64,000 nt of DNA from Amphiscolops sp. MND2022 (Eukaryota). The stretch lies in NCBI GenBank assembly GCA_964187785.1, contig OZ076409.1, forward strand, positions 65,412,001-65,476,000. The letters run 5' to 3'. Of this stretch, positions 24,989-37,792 are shown in pieces. Position 1 is the first letter of the stretch. Every line of letters starts with the position of its first letter. The position numbers and the translations under genes are program-made. Below the pieces are notes generated by a model, which saw only the letters and a list, made by a program, of their open reading frames with translations, did not search any database and was not told where the DNA came from.

Positions 24989-25714
24989 CCCAATGTTCGA
25001 AGCCATGGTACCCTTGCCAAGTTACTAGCACGCGTTGCCATGATCTTGCCTTGATCTTGGCAAGGATTCCATGGCCATGCAAGATCGTGCAAAGGTTAAT
25101 CATGATTAACCATGATCTTGGCAAGGTATCTATGGTACCATTAGCAAAACTTTCAGATAATTCAGAGCACTTATTTTCAAATTCGATTCATCTTCATTGC
25201 AGTTGTCTCTATTGCATTCATTCTCGAACTTCAGTAATTTCAACGCGTTATTTCAATTGGTGGGGTTTTGGATAGATTAAAAAATGTTAGAAAAGTTGAT
25301 TTTCACACCGATATTGCAAACCCGCAAGTTGCAAAAACTTGATTCGGAGATTTTGTTTGCTTGATAAATTATTATTGTAGTTAAAATGCCGTGCTCTCAA
25401 CTACCAAAACTAGGTCAAAAGGTGCAAACGTTTGGATACTTTTGAATTTAAAAAAATCATTTCGATAAGTAAAGTTATCTCCGAAGTCATCACAACGGCT
25501 GAGTCAGAAATTGGAGACAACAAACATTTTTAGGAGATGAATAAATTATAAAATTTAAAGCAGCTTACATGCCTTACCATGGTCTTGCCATGATTTTGAC
25601 AAGGGTTTCATGAATCATGATTTGCAATGATCTTGACAACGGTACAATGGTTAACCATGATGTAGCAAGATTAACCATGATCATGGCAAGCGTTCCATGG
25701 ATTCGAACACTGGG
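24989..25714. mobile_element. MITE / non-autonomous DNA transposon, ~31-bp TIRs, TA flanks
   Basis: TA|cccaatgttcgaagccatggtacccttgcca ... tggcaagcgttccatggattcgaacactggg|TA; subterminal ccatgatcttg/ggcaag repeats at both ends. Confidence 0.85.
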
Positions 25715-25919
25715 TATTCTAGTTTTTCACAAACTGTCAAATCAGACCACGGATGTTTGGACCCTGAAATCAATTTACTGCTGTCTTTGTAACAAATTTC
25801 TTGTCCGTGATTATAGCGTGTTTTTGATTCAAACTAGTGATTTTTGGGCACGTCGGCGCGTGTTTTATGCTGGCCCTAATTAACTAACCTCCTACACTAT
25901 ATAGGATTTGTTGAAAAAC

Positions 25920-26845
25920 TAGATGCGCATTATGTTTTTTTACGTTGAAAAATGGCTTCAGTTTGCCAAAATTGTCTAACTTCTTGAGAACCAGTTCAGT
26001 GTTTTAATCATCCAGCTCTCTTGGAAAAGTATGACAAAACTGTACGCCACGGGATTCCCGAAGTGTGTAACGTGAACGTCGACAATATTTCGAGTACTCA
26101 GCTGCTGGCTCTGCCCGCTGAAATGCGTGGTGTTGGTGTTTCATCCGCGTCATTATTAGCACTTCCCGCCTTTTTTGGCGTCAGCTTTTGGTGCGAGTGA
26201 CTTTCTCACGACAATTTTTTTGGAAACCTTCCGAAGATGTTTCGTTTACTAAAGCGCTCGAGGAATGGTTGTGTTTGACGAATGAACAGGAAAATCATCT
26301 CAATGGAAACCCGGAAAAATGAACACAACCTTTCTACGTCACGAGTGCTGGTCACTTCTCACGTCATACTACTCTCAATTCTTTCATAAAGCAGACGTTG
26401 TGATCTCTCGACTAACATTCAATGCTCGAACCGCGTGGATTGTACTGAACTGATGGCAAACGCCCAGATGGTGTTACCATGATTCCTTGGGAAATGGGTA
26501 AACAGCTGGTGTGGGATGTCACGATTGTTGATTTTCTTGCACTCAGTTGCCTGAATCAAGGCTCCTCATGCAACCCGGGAACCACCGCCATCGAGGCTGA
26601 AATGCGTAAAATTTAGAAGTATTGCGAATTAATAGACAATGGATACATTTTTCAACCGGTGGCCATGGAAGTACAGGGCTCTTCAGCCCATCACACATCT
26701 CTGTAAAATGTTCTGTCATTCGCACGACGATCAACGAGCTGGCAGCTGTTTGAAGCAACGGATTTCTTCAGATCGGCAATGCGGCCTGCGTTCTAGGAAC
26801 TGTGAGCGACGGAGATGCGTTCGAAGAATTTTTTTACATATAGTT
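25920..26845 (+). mobile_element. 5'-truncated, decayed CRE-like non-LTR retrotransposon (restriction-like endonuclease region)
   Basis: Translates to LPAEMRGVGVSSASLLALPAF, RHTTLNSFIK, DGKRPDGVTMIPWEMGKQLVWDVTIVD, AEMRKI*KY, YIFQPVAMEVQG and LKQRIS..QIGNAACVLGT: the PD..D / KxxKY signature of RLE-clade elements. Stops and deletions present. Confidence 0.85.
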
Positions 26846-27989
26846 CAGTTTTTTAAACCTGTATATCATTGCAGCTTTTTAAAAAATTGTTTCTACCGGT
26901 CGACTGGCATAGTGGCTGGTATGAGTAGTTCGTCGTTTGTTGTTTTTTGTTACTGGTCTACTGTGATAGTTGCTGGTCTGGGGTTCCCTACTTTCGTTGC
27001 AGACCATGGGTGTGTGTCTTCTCCCCCCAACATGATGATACACATGGCACTTGATTGATGACGAAGATTCATGAAATCTGATAGTAGGAAAACAATTTTG
27101 TTGAAAGATGATTTGATCTAGCTATGAGATGATTCTCAGTGAGAAGCAAAGCTTGTTGAGAACACAAACAGCAGAAATAGTAATGGCAGTTATGAGATAA
27201 TAGAGTTTATGAGGAAACTTAACCAGAACGATCAACCATAGGAACTCTGATGAGCTTGAGAACATAAATGATGCTGTTAACGCAAAAGACCAAAAAACAT
27301 AAGGATGGGAGTTCTTTCCTACAAACTATAAGAACTTATTTGAAAAAGTTTAAAATTTGTCACATTAACTCGTGATTGTTAATACATTCGTTTTCGAGAG
27401 GACTTCAATCTTAGCTACATTTATTTCTTATCAAGTTATTGAGTATTATCCTCATACCTGGAAGTGGTTTTTCCAAAACGAGGTATCGTTATATCTATCA
27501 TGTCACTTTTAATAAATTCTGTTCGTTGATTTGATTCATTGTTTTCCTATTTTATTGTCCTTTTAAGCAGTGGTTCAAGACAGTTGAAAATTAGAGCAGG
27601 GACACCCTATAAGAACTTCATGTTGTTCTACTGTCGCAGGCCTACCCGTGTGAGATGTCCGGTGTGCAACACCAGTGAAACAAACAACGCCACCCACTAC
27701 TTGCAGTTTCGACAAACCAAATGAAGAAGAGAAAGTGATGAACTATTGAAATTTTGTGTTTAGTTTAAGACAGTTTTGTCATTTTGTTCGTTTATGATGT
27801 TTTTGTTGACTTATTTTTGTGTCCATCTAAACGATGGTAATTGTTGCTGAAGTTTCTTTCACCCAAAAGGTGCGTTGATTGAATAAAAGAATCAAAAAGA
27901 GTAACATCTATACATATATAGGACGTTTCGAACATAGCAATACGTATAATGTTTGAAAACAGTATGATGATCTGATTAAAAAGCTTCTT

Positions 27990-28395
27990 AATACATTCAT
28001 ACGTTTATGCGGTTTGTATAATACAGCATACGCGGTATTAATGATAAAACGGCATAATGAGTGCATATATACTGATGCTAATGCTTCATACTGTTTTATG
28101 CGGTATTAGCATTAAAACAGCATATACAGCAATTCTACAAGAACACCATGACGTTTAGACCAGGAAACATCATATGCGGAAATCCCATAAGAACAGCATG
28201 ATGCTTTGACCTGGGAACAGCATATGCGAACATCGTGCAGAAGCAGCTTATGCGGAAATCTCACGAAAACAGCATGATGCCATAATTTGAAATTAGCATA
28301 AATTTTTGTACAGCGTTGCTATCAGATTATACTGCATTATGCGGTTTCCATGAAACAACATTTGCGGAATTGTGATGATAATCAGCATAATTTGC
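27990..28395. repeat. Degenerate tandem repeat (aacagcat.../atgcgg motifs)
   Basis: Repeated acagcat(a/g) and tatgcgg motifs at irregular 20-45 bp spacing. Confidence 0.55.
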
Positions 28396-28493
28396 CTAAC
28401 ATTTCTCATTGATTTACATTTCTTACTGATCTATATTTAGATCTTCAAGGCCGTAATGAAATGGATTATTTTTGTTTTCTGACCCTAGAAACA

Positions 28494-29308
28494 TGACGTT
28501 ATGATGGTTTAAATAAAAACGTCGGTCATGCTACTAAAAAGAACACCCAATGAGAACATTTGAAAAGAGACCCCCTATATCAGAAATTCATTCAATCATC
28601 CGAAAAAAGACATCCACACAATACAGTCACTCAATTGATCAAATAACTCCACAATTCCCAAACTTTGCAGTTTCCTTTCTGTAAAGATAACTCTAACAAT
28701 TTCATTTTGCGCAATGTCTCTGAATTCAAAAATTTTCGCACCCAAAGTTGCTTTTCATTATGGGGAACAAAAGAAACAGACGACTAAGAAGAGTTGGGTC
28801 TCAGTCTCCAGACGGAGAAGAGAACTTCTCAGAAACAAGCATTGTGCAAGGTAATGCGACTTTAACTAACGTTTCCGAAAACGCTGATAATGTTTTCGAT
28901 AGGAATCTATGTAGTGAATTAACGGAACCATCACAAGTCAGCAATGAGATAGAAATCATTTCACAAAGATTGACCGAACAAAATAACACGAAAATGTCAC
29001 ACATCGAAAAACATCCAAACAGCAAATTTGAGGAAATATTGAAAGAAATCAGAGCGAACAAAAACTGTGATAGTGAAAAGGACGATGACAACTGCGATCC
29101 CGGTCCTTCTAATTTGAGGAATGAGCATCTCAAGAAAAAACACATTGTTCAAACATCGAAAACAATAGAAATAGAATACAGGATAATCGCTTCCCGTCCT
29201 CAGACATGGATGAACTAATACAACCGTCAACTCTTTTTGGAGTTGCAAATGAGACCTTAGAAGATACAGTTATAACAAACGAAAACAGACAGGAAGCCGA
29301 TTATCACA
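28494..29308 (+). mobile_element. Possible solo LTR / retroelement fragment carrying a broken low-complexity ORF (ATG 28760)
   Basis: CCAAT-like and TATA-like motifs (28548, 28574) precede MGNKRNRRLRR...; the coding-like sequence continues after a frameshift and stops abruptly at ...gattatcaCA. No TSD or partner LTR found. Confidence 0.35.
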
Positions 29309-30770
29309 TCTACAAATATCTGTGGGGGCATTAGTTAAAAGGAACTGGAATAGATTTTTGAAGATTGTGCAGTCATCAACAAACATGGGGATTGATCTGA
29401 TTCAGACGATGGACGATATAATTATGGGAATTTTTTGGTTCATTGAATAGCTGGCCATTTCACTCACCAAGATCCAAACAGCTGTCAAATGTAGCATTCA
29501 ACTCCAAAAGTGGACGAGCTTGATTAAAGTTCATGAAAAAAGTCGTGAATGTTGACTGTGAGCACTGAGAACATGTGACAAAAAGGGAATTTTGACAGAA
29601 GTGCCAGTTTACAATACGCTAACTTCAGTGAATTATTTCGTTGAGCCGTTTTCGAAACACCGGCTATCAAATATCGGCTACCAAATTTTTGAAAATCCAA
29701 ATGGTTACCCAAAACAAGTTAGCAATAAAATGGTAGGTAAACCTGTTCTTTCAGTTGGTATCCGAGGAGTGCTCGTGGAAAAGATGCTACACGTTGCCAG
29801 GAAAAACAGTTTCGTATTTAATTGTTACGTGTTCTTGTGTTTATGAGGAGATCTTTGCAGTCTTTTTAAATTTTTAAAATGTTTTTGCGAGAATAAATGA
29901 TGGAAGGAAAATGTAATAACCCAATGGAAGGATTTTAACAATGAGAAGTGTTTTTCGACGCATAGTAGCATCACAAAGATTTTATAGTCATGCTCCAAAC
30001 ATCGGGATTCAATCAAGTTTCACCATGAAATCGGAAACTGGCAAGCGTGTTTGAAAAAAAAATAGACATTCGACAGTAGCCAACATGAAAACTTTTACTA
30101 ATTTCAAAAAACATGCTTGAATTATAGTCCGCGAGGTTGTACATTACCTTAAGCTTCCCTTGAAAGACTCATTTCCTTGTAAACTCAAAACTGAAAACTA
30201 AGAACAGATAACCATAAATTAGAAAGAGCAGATTTGCATGCGAAAAATATCACGTGGTCAACGTCATAAGAATTTTGTCTATTTTTAGTCACGTCGATAA
30301 ACTTTGAATGATTTTTTTTAAAAATAGAAAATTTATGAACAGTGCACATAATTTTGGCACTCATATGATAACTTTTATGAACTTCACTATTTTGGGTACG
30401 TTATTTCATTATATCCCGTTCATTTAAAAAACACTTTGGAAATGAAGTTAGATTAGATTCGTTTAACTGAACTTATACACACTGAGGACTTAACATAATT
30501 TGCAAACTCCAAAATTACAGCAACTCCCTTAACCCGAGACGATTTTACTGTAGAATAGGCTCCACTAATATCATCCTCTCTTGAATAACACATCCATCCA
30601 ATCCATGCGGACAATGTGCAATGTGGTCTTCGTTTTCACTTTAAAATCACGGTTGGTGAATAAAACATGGAATAAACAAAATATCGAAAATATCAATGGT
30701 AGTAGCAGAAGCAAGGAAAGAGTTTAGACGCAAATACGAAGTTTTGACGTAGGGTTGGGTTTAGATTTAA

Positions 30771-31361
30771 CCCAGAATGGAGGTGGAAATTTCTGGATGC
30801 ATCCAAAAATCTGGTGCTTAAACTTTAAACCGCAATATCTCCAAAACTATTTGAGTCCGACAAACAACTTATACAGCGTTCGAAAGAGGAGCATCAGGGC
30901 TTTCAAATCAATTTTTAGACTGCTGGGCTGGGGGCCCGCTAGCGCGGGCCCCTTGCGCGCAAAGTTTTTTGCGCGTAGTCCTCCGCTGGCGTGCGGCTTC
31001 GCCGCACTGGCTCCGGACTTTGCGCCAAAACTTTGCACGCGTGGTGTCTCTGGCTGCAGTTTAGCTTGTTTTAAAACATGCTAGGGCCCCTTTGCCCTAA
31101 TCTTGTCCCCAGTAGTATAAAGTGGCCAAATACGAAAACAGGAAAATCGGAAATTTTGCGCTGTTTTTTCTTTGATTTTTTTGGTCTTGTTTTTCTGATT
31201 TTGGAGACATCAAGTCAACAATCCGTGAAAATGCGTGCAATTCTATGTTATTTTGTCTGAAAGTCTTATTCAAGAGTTTTCTTTACCATACGGTGGGTTG
31301 GTGCCTTTAGAAGTTAGCAGATCTTAAGTGGTGCAAATACGTACCGCGATGCTAAATAGGG
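30771..31361. mobile_element. Possible TTAA-flanked (piggyBac-like) non-autonomous element with a GC-rich palindromic core
   Basis: TTAA|CCC...GGG|TTAA boundaries, but TIR similarity beyond CCC is weak. Confidence 0.35.
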
Positions 31362-31471
31362 TTAATAATGAACCCCTGATCTTAATACATGCATCTAAAT
31401 TCCGAGCGTGGTAAGGCAGCCAGTTGAAAATTCAAACTAACAATGCCGTGTATGATACCTTGAGGCTCTAC

Positions 31472-31648
31472 GACAATTCGGACCAAAGACAGATTCGCAC
31501 CAAAAGTCAAACTCGTCCAAAAGTCAGATTCGGACCAAATATATGAATTCGGACCAAATAACCCTGTAACTAGCCTGTTAAGACCTGTAAACAATTTGGT
31601 CCGATATATAAATTTAGTCAGAATCTGTCGTTGGTCCGAATTCGGCGC
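31472..31648. mobile_element. Small foldback/MITE built from ttcggaccaaa repeats
   Basis: Left aattcggaccaaagacagattc versus right gaatctgtcgttggtccgaatt (inverted); internal repeats switch orientation at the centre. Confidence 0.7.
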
Positions 31649-32666
31649 GTGGTCATCACCATACCTTGACAATTTTGACAACCGGTGACACCTTTTCAAA
31701 ATAGATAATCAATCTGAACAAAGCCCAATTAACATTTTCATGAAAAAATTTTGAACTTTCAGGTAATTTTCAGAATCTTAATTTCTCCCGCCTTGTCTAA
31801 AAATCGATAAATTGAAAAATAGTGCTCAAAATTGAAAGATTTTTTCTTTGAAAATTTTTATTTAAATGAAAATTGAGCAAGAAGAGTTGAAAATTCTCGG
31901 AGAAGGTCCAATTTTTGTCTTCAAAACACTTCATTGACATGCTCGAGAAAACTACGATAAAAATCTGCATTTTCTCTACTTAAACTTTGTTAGAGTCATT
32001 ATGAGACCGAAATTGTTTTTGAAGATTGATTCGAAGAATCCACAAAATCTTGCTGACAATTTCGAAAATAACTACTGCTCTCCATTTTTGAAGTCTAACG
32101 ACTGAACACTGTTTCCATTTTCCATTTCGAACATTCAAACATTCCTGTTAGGAAGCGATTAGTTTCAGTGAAAACGCTTCATCTTCTAGAACTCAAAGTG
32201 AAGTTTTCAAAACCATTGCACCTATAAAAATCCTACTACACAGGTAAGTGTTATCCGATATCCAAATTCAAAAGAAACATGACGCGAACGCTTCGAGTCG
32301 ATGCCCCGCTGAAGACTGGAAATGCGCAAAGTTTTTGAAATATGCTAAATATCTGTCATAAAAATTTCAAAGTCGCACAATACCGAAAAATTCAACCTGA
32401 GATTATTTGCCCGTTTGTAGCTGCATAAATTGTGTAAAATTGTGTAAATTTCAAAAAGAAAGTTTGCCCTTGGTTGGTACTCTTTCAATTGAAAAAAAAT
32501 AAACCTAACCAATGTGAGTTTTTTCTTTCAAAACAGACTTTTTCTTACAAAAACGATTGACTAAAAACGGACGCGTTTCAGCTGGTCGTGTAGACGCAAT
32601 TAGCATTGCATGGCAGCTCGAGCACCAACTGGGCAGCGCTTTCTGCGTAGTTCAGAAAACTATTAA

Positions 32667-33253
32667 CCCGAATTGACCTGGGCGTTTTTGCAAATTTTCA
32701 AAAATTCGGATTAAAAATTTTAAATCATTATTATCTCCACAACTACGCGTACCAGAGAAACGAACTATAGCGTGTTTGAAAGTTCTGGTATTGGGTCTGG
32801 TGAGCCCCTGTCGCCGCGCGCCCCTTCCTTCAGAATTTTAGTTTCTTTTTCCGATACCGCCGCTTCGCGGCTGTTCCGCACTTCGTGCGGCCCGCTGCGC
32901 GGGGGCTTGTAGTAACAACTGAATTGAATATTATTGGGATTTGTTGCGTAAGAACATGTTGTGCAAGTGTATGGGGTTGGTTTTTGCTATGGGTGAAAAT
33001 TGTTTTGAGAAAACTGGATTTTACCAAAAACGGAGATTTAGAAAAAAGTGAACATTTTTTGTGCAAAAAAAAATATTTTTTCTCAGCTTTGGAGACATAT
33101 TCACTTTAATTAAAGCTTGGGCCATTCAAACCAATCTGGGTATCAATGCACTGTTGAATAAAAACTGTGCTAGAGAATATGGGCTGCTGGCAAACAGAAT
33201 CAGAAATTGAAAAAATGGTAGGCTGCTTTAAAGTACTACCAGGTTAATTAGGG
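32667..33253 (+). mobile_element. piggyBac-like non-autonomous element
   Basis: TTAA|cccgaattgacctgg ... ccaggttaattaggg|TTAA: 15-bp imperfect TIR and TTAA TSD; second partial copy at 2759..3100. Confidence 0.8.
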
Positions 33254-34619
33254 TTAATGTCTGATCCAAGCAACGAGTTACTATAGATGAAACGTTTCAA
33301 AATTTCAAAAACAAACAATTATTTCCAACAAATCAAAAAAACAAATTTTCTCCTTTTTGACAAATATTTCCTTGAGGACTATATTATGCTTGTGAATACC
33401 AAGTGAACGTCAGGTTATGGTTATCGGTTGCAGAGCTGGCAATCAATGTGAAGGATGTTTGGCAAAAAAAGTTTTGAATTTTTTGCAAAATTCATTTAGC
33501 ATTTCGTTAATTAGCTGCTTAAACACGGAGAAAAGGAGAAAATGAGGACAAAAATGAGGAGAAAATGAGAAGAAAATTAGGAAACAAAAGAAGCAAGATA
33601 ATGAAATGACCGCAGAATTACTGTTTTTGTGCAAAAAATGACAACTTGTGAAAAAATATCGTTGTTACATGATTTTCGATGGATATTCCAGCATCTTGGA
33701 AATTTTTAAATCACCTTATTTGAAAACGAAATATCGAAATCACACAAATTGCTTTTTAAAATTCCCAATTGTTTCATAGCAACTGCACTGGATTTGTATT
33801 AGAAAAGATTTTTTGGAATGACTCGGACATTCTAGAAAAAGCCGACAAAAAGTTGAAAAGTTAATCAATTTCTGTTCAGAGTGCAGTTAGAATTTCTGTT
33901 AGAATGCTAAAAATGAAGCGAGTTATATTATTCAGGAATTTTGCCCGCCGATAGTTCTTTGGTTGCGCTGAACACGTCTGCAAACGCTTATTTTCGAGAA
34001 TCAAAAACTCAATGCTTCGAATGTCCTGACAAAAAAATATGAAGATAATTCTGAGCACTGCTCGACAGAAAACAGTGAAAATGTTTCGTGTCTTGAATTT
34101 GAATAACTTGAGTTGAAATTCGCTGAAACTCACAAAGCACATTACAACTGTTCAAAAAAACCTAGGAAATGGGACTTTTAACAGCCAAAAAACCAAGAGT
34201 CTCGCTAAAGCTCTGAGAAACGAATATTTGAGAACTAATCGTTGCAAAAAAACTTCATGAATCATATTCTTTGACTGAAATTATCCAAAACTATCAACTT
34301 GGTGAAATTTTTTTTTCGTAAATTATTTTTCCCGAACAAACTTGCACAGTGCCGGAAAACTCTAAGTTGCTCCTTTCTAGCCTTGTTGGTGTTTCTCGTT
34401 TGTGGTTCTAGATACGCAAAGGTCTGAGATACATTTTAGATACAAGTCACCGAACACTAAAGATTACCAAATTGAAGAACATGAACAAAAAGTGGGCACA
34501 TTCAATATCAGCACCGACAAAAAAGAAATTTGCCTGTCATTATCGTGCCCTTTTTGTTTTTCAAAAAGTGCCAAATGAAAAACCTGAATGGGCTAATTTT
34601 GGCTATGTTTCTCACATTC

Positions 34620-34808
34620 CAGTCATATGATTTTGATACCTTCGCGCACGCAGGGGCCCCTTTCGTGTAGAATGACTGCAAAATTTTATGAAAATCGTAT
34701 GGACAGTTTTTGAGAAATTTGGGATTTTCATTGAAAGGTCGGGAGAAAAAAAAACAAAAAACGACACGATTGCATAGGTAGTCGAAAATTTTTCCGACTC
34801 CTAAAAAG
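34620..34808. mobile_element. Short interspersed element fragment with terminal hairpin (second Helentron/HINE-like family?)
   Basis: Core aaattttatgaaaatcg..ggacagtttttgagaa and terminal hairpin agtcgaaaatttttccgact followed by cctaaaaa. Confidence 0.4.
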
Positions 34809-34845
34809 CAGGGGACGGCCTAAAACGGCGCCCGCTCAAGTTATA

Positions 34846-35249
34846 TACAGAGGCAATTTGATTGAAGCAATACGAGGGAATTGAATTGCTACCATGGCCT
34901 TCAAACTCTCCTGATCTGAATGTGATTGAAAATTGCTGGAACTTGATGAAACAAAACGTGTCGGCACATCGCCCCCTCAATATCAGCGTTAAAAGAGGTG
35001 CTACAAAGTGTCTGAGTATAAGAAATCGGGCAAGAATACTACAAAAACCTGGTTCGGAGCATGTCTGATCCATTTGCAGATGTGATCAAAAATCAGGGTT
35101 ATCCAACGAAATATTGATGTTTCTTGACGCCAGACTGTTTTAAACATGTGTCTTGCATACGACATTTTGTTCCAATATTTTAATGAATTATTGACGAAAA
35201 CAACTTTAAAAAAATAGGTGGCGGCTTTATTTTTTTGACCACAATGGTA
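34846..35249 (+). mobile_element. Tc1/mariner transposase 3' remnant
   Basis: LLPWPSNSPDLNVIENCWNLMK matches the Tc1 WPxxSPDLNPIENxW motif; C-terminal GYPTKY* at 35096-35118; candidate right end ...ttttttgaccacaatggTA. Confidence 0.8.
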
Positions 35250-37668
35250 AACGGTTTTCTCTCTTCGGCAATTCATTTCTGGTGATTAGAAAAATAGACA
35301 TGTGTTGGTGCGGCTAAGGTTCGGAACTCTTTCAATTCAAAGTTGCTGAATTTTTAGCGTGTTCTTCAACCCTAGTTTTGAGGTGTTATTCAAGAGGCTT
35401 CGGAAAAACAAAAATGAGATTATCGACGAGCAGTCCGAGCTTTGTGCCTTCCAGTATTTCACTACGAGATTACAGCTTAAAGCCGACACGTGACCAATTG
35501 ACTGCAAATATACCGGGTAGAAGACTATCATTGCATGGAACGTTCTCATTCAACTGACAACCTACGTGCGCTTTGCTTTCTGTTAGCTCAATCAAACACC
35601 TATTTGGCGCATGTGATCTGTTATTTGCTTTGCATCCAAAAAGTATGTCGCGAGGTATTTTGGAAAACCGTTTCGATCGTTCTATTGGCTGCCAAGGTTT
35701 CTTGATCACATTTTCATGACTCATTCGAAATTTTGAGTTTTGGGATTCTCGATCGGAGCAACATTTTTCAGAGTAATCTATGGCAGCTGTTTTCGCAAAT
35801 CCAAAGGATGCATTGGAAGGCTGAAAGAATCACCAATTTGCAACCGCTTCGGCAAAAATCATTGCAAACCAAAAAGCGCATTCGTAACCATCACCATTGA
35901 TTTGTTTGGTTTCTATCTACAACAGAAATACCTTCGAGGGTGTTCGGTAATATTTTTGCAACTGGAAAAAATTCCACGTTCTTCCACGCTGAAGGTGTGA
36001 ATCAAATTGAACAATAATTGGAGCTTTTTACTGCTTCGATTGCATTGGATTTTTTCACGAGACCATGCCTGCATTTTCAGGTCATTGCGAGTATCTGTCC
36101 TATTCTGTTGACATCAGTGATATTGACATCATCAATAAGTCAGTTACAAGATTCAATTGAAAGATTGAAAAGAGCCAACTGTTTGCAAAATAGCTGCAAA
36201 CATGGCACATAGCATTCGATTTGAATGTCATCGCCAGACTTTGCATTCACCGAGACAGTCAAAACTTTTCTAGACTGGTATTGAATGAAAAGAGAGAAGC
36301 GAAAATAATGATTTCATACCAAACAGCAACTTTGAAACGTTTAAATTGTTCTACTGAGTTAGCTAAATTGGATGATAATAAAAAATATTACTCAAGTTAT
36401 CACCTCCAAGGATTAGGCTTTTAAGCTGCAAGAATTCGAATAAAGCTGCAAAATAGAATTTGTGAAAATACAACCACAATGTAATCTGACAAATTTACAC
36501 CCAAATAAAAATATAATGAAAAATAGAAATACACAGTGCAGAATTATGAATACAGATCAATATGAATACAATAAATGAATTCTTGAAGTTTTAGTTTAAC
36601 TGAAAAAACGCAAAAATAGTTCGAGTTCTATGTAATAACCAAAATGCTTTTTATGCTAACCAGCAAAATATCACCAGCAAACTGCAACTGGGTCGTGAGA
36701 ATGTTTCAAATTTCAAGAATCTGTCTTTCAGCGCTCATTTCCTCCGAGTACAAATCAAAACCAACAGTTATCAAAAACTTCGTCTCTTCTCGGCGTCTCT
36801 GATGATTGATTGTTTCATTTCCATTGGCCAAGCTCTCACAGTGACGATGAGTAACACAACTCGCAAGTTTGAAGGAAATATATGTGATAGGTAATAGTAT
36901 AGGAAAACATTGAAGAGAACAACATTGTGAGCCAATATTGGTACGAAGAAATAATGTCGAATAGTACATGATGGACGTATTAGTTTGATTTTGTGCATTT
37001 GAACATGACGACGGCGGCAGCATACATTATTGTTATACTTGTTGCTAAGGCAGTGAAACATGAAACGGAGTGACTTCAAACAAGAGATGGCGGCCTTTTC
37101 TTCAAGTCACATCAGCGCTCCTGAAAGAGGAATGCACCGTTTCGACATACTTTGCTATCCAGCTAGCAAAAGCCCAATTCGGTAGGCAGCTCTCTTCAAA
37201 CGAACCTTCATTTCCAGAAAATCCACAGATCTTGTCAGTGGCAATGCAATATTTTCATATTTTCAGCTGAGATGGTTTTCCGCGTACCAAAGTCTTAGGA
37301 CAGTTTTGTTTTTCTATCTTTACAAACTGAGTGATTTGGAGAATACACAAAATACATCTTTGTCAAGCTAGTTTACAAAGCTTGGGCAGCACAGCGTTGT
37401 CACGACACGATCACCCCGTGTCGACATTATGAGACAGTGAACACAGCGATGGTCACGAACTGCGATTTCGCCACAAAACATGGCCCTCAGCCACAGCCTT
37501 GAACCTCTGATACATGCGACTTCTGTTTTTCTACTTCAGTGTTCCTTCATCGCACAGCAAAACTTGACTGTTTTGTGAGTTTGGGCAATTCTAACTAATG
37601 ATAAAAACAGGAGTGGGCTTTCCATTGTAACCTATATTTGGGTCACGACCTCGATATTTGACCTCGTG

Positions 37669-37792
37669 TCAACCTTCGTCCATGGGAACAGGCATCTGCA
37701 TCTCCAGGGTATTTGACCTCTCAAGGATCGGCATTGACATGGTTGAGAGGGAAGATGAAAGTTTTGACTCAGTCGAAACTTCGATTCTATGC
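37669..37792 (-). CDS. HDAC4: HDAC IIa terminal exon 19 (NES-like tail)
   Basis: ttttcag|G CAT ... [29 protein letters not shown], resembling the HDAC4 tail AMASLSV...PMEE. Confidence 0.75.

Noticed and set aside
26890..27750. Exon-like GC-richer patches with splice-like signals
   Set aside because: No consistent frame or strand and no recognisable protein family.
29330..30185. Possible small minus-strand exons (donor-like sites near 29467 and 30146)
   Set aside because: The joined frame stops quickly and no homology is recognisable; needs RNA data.
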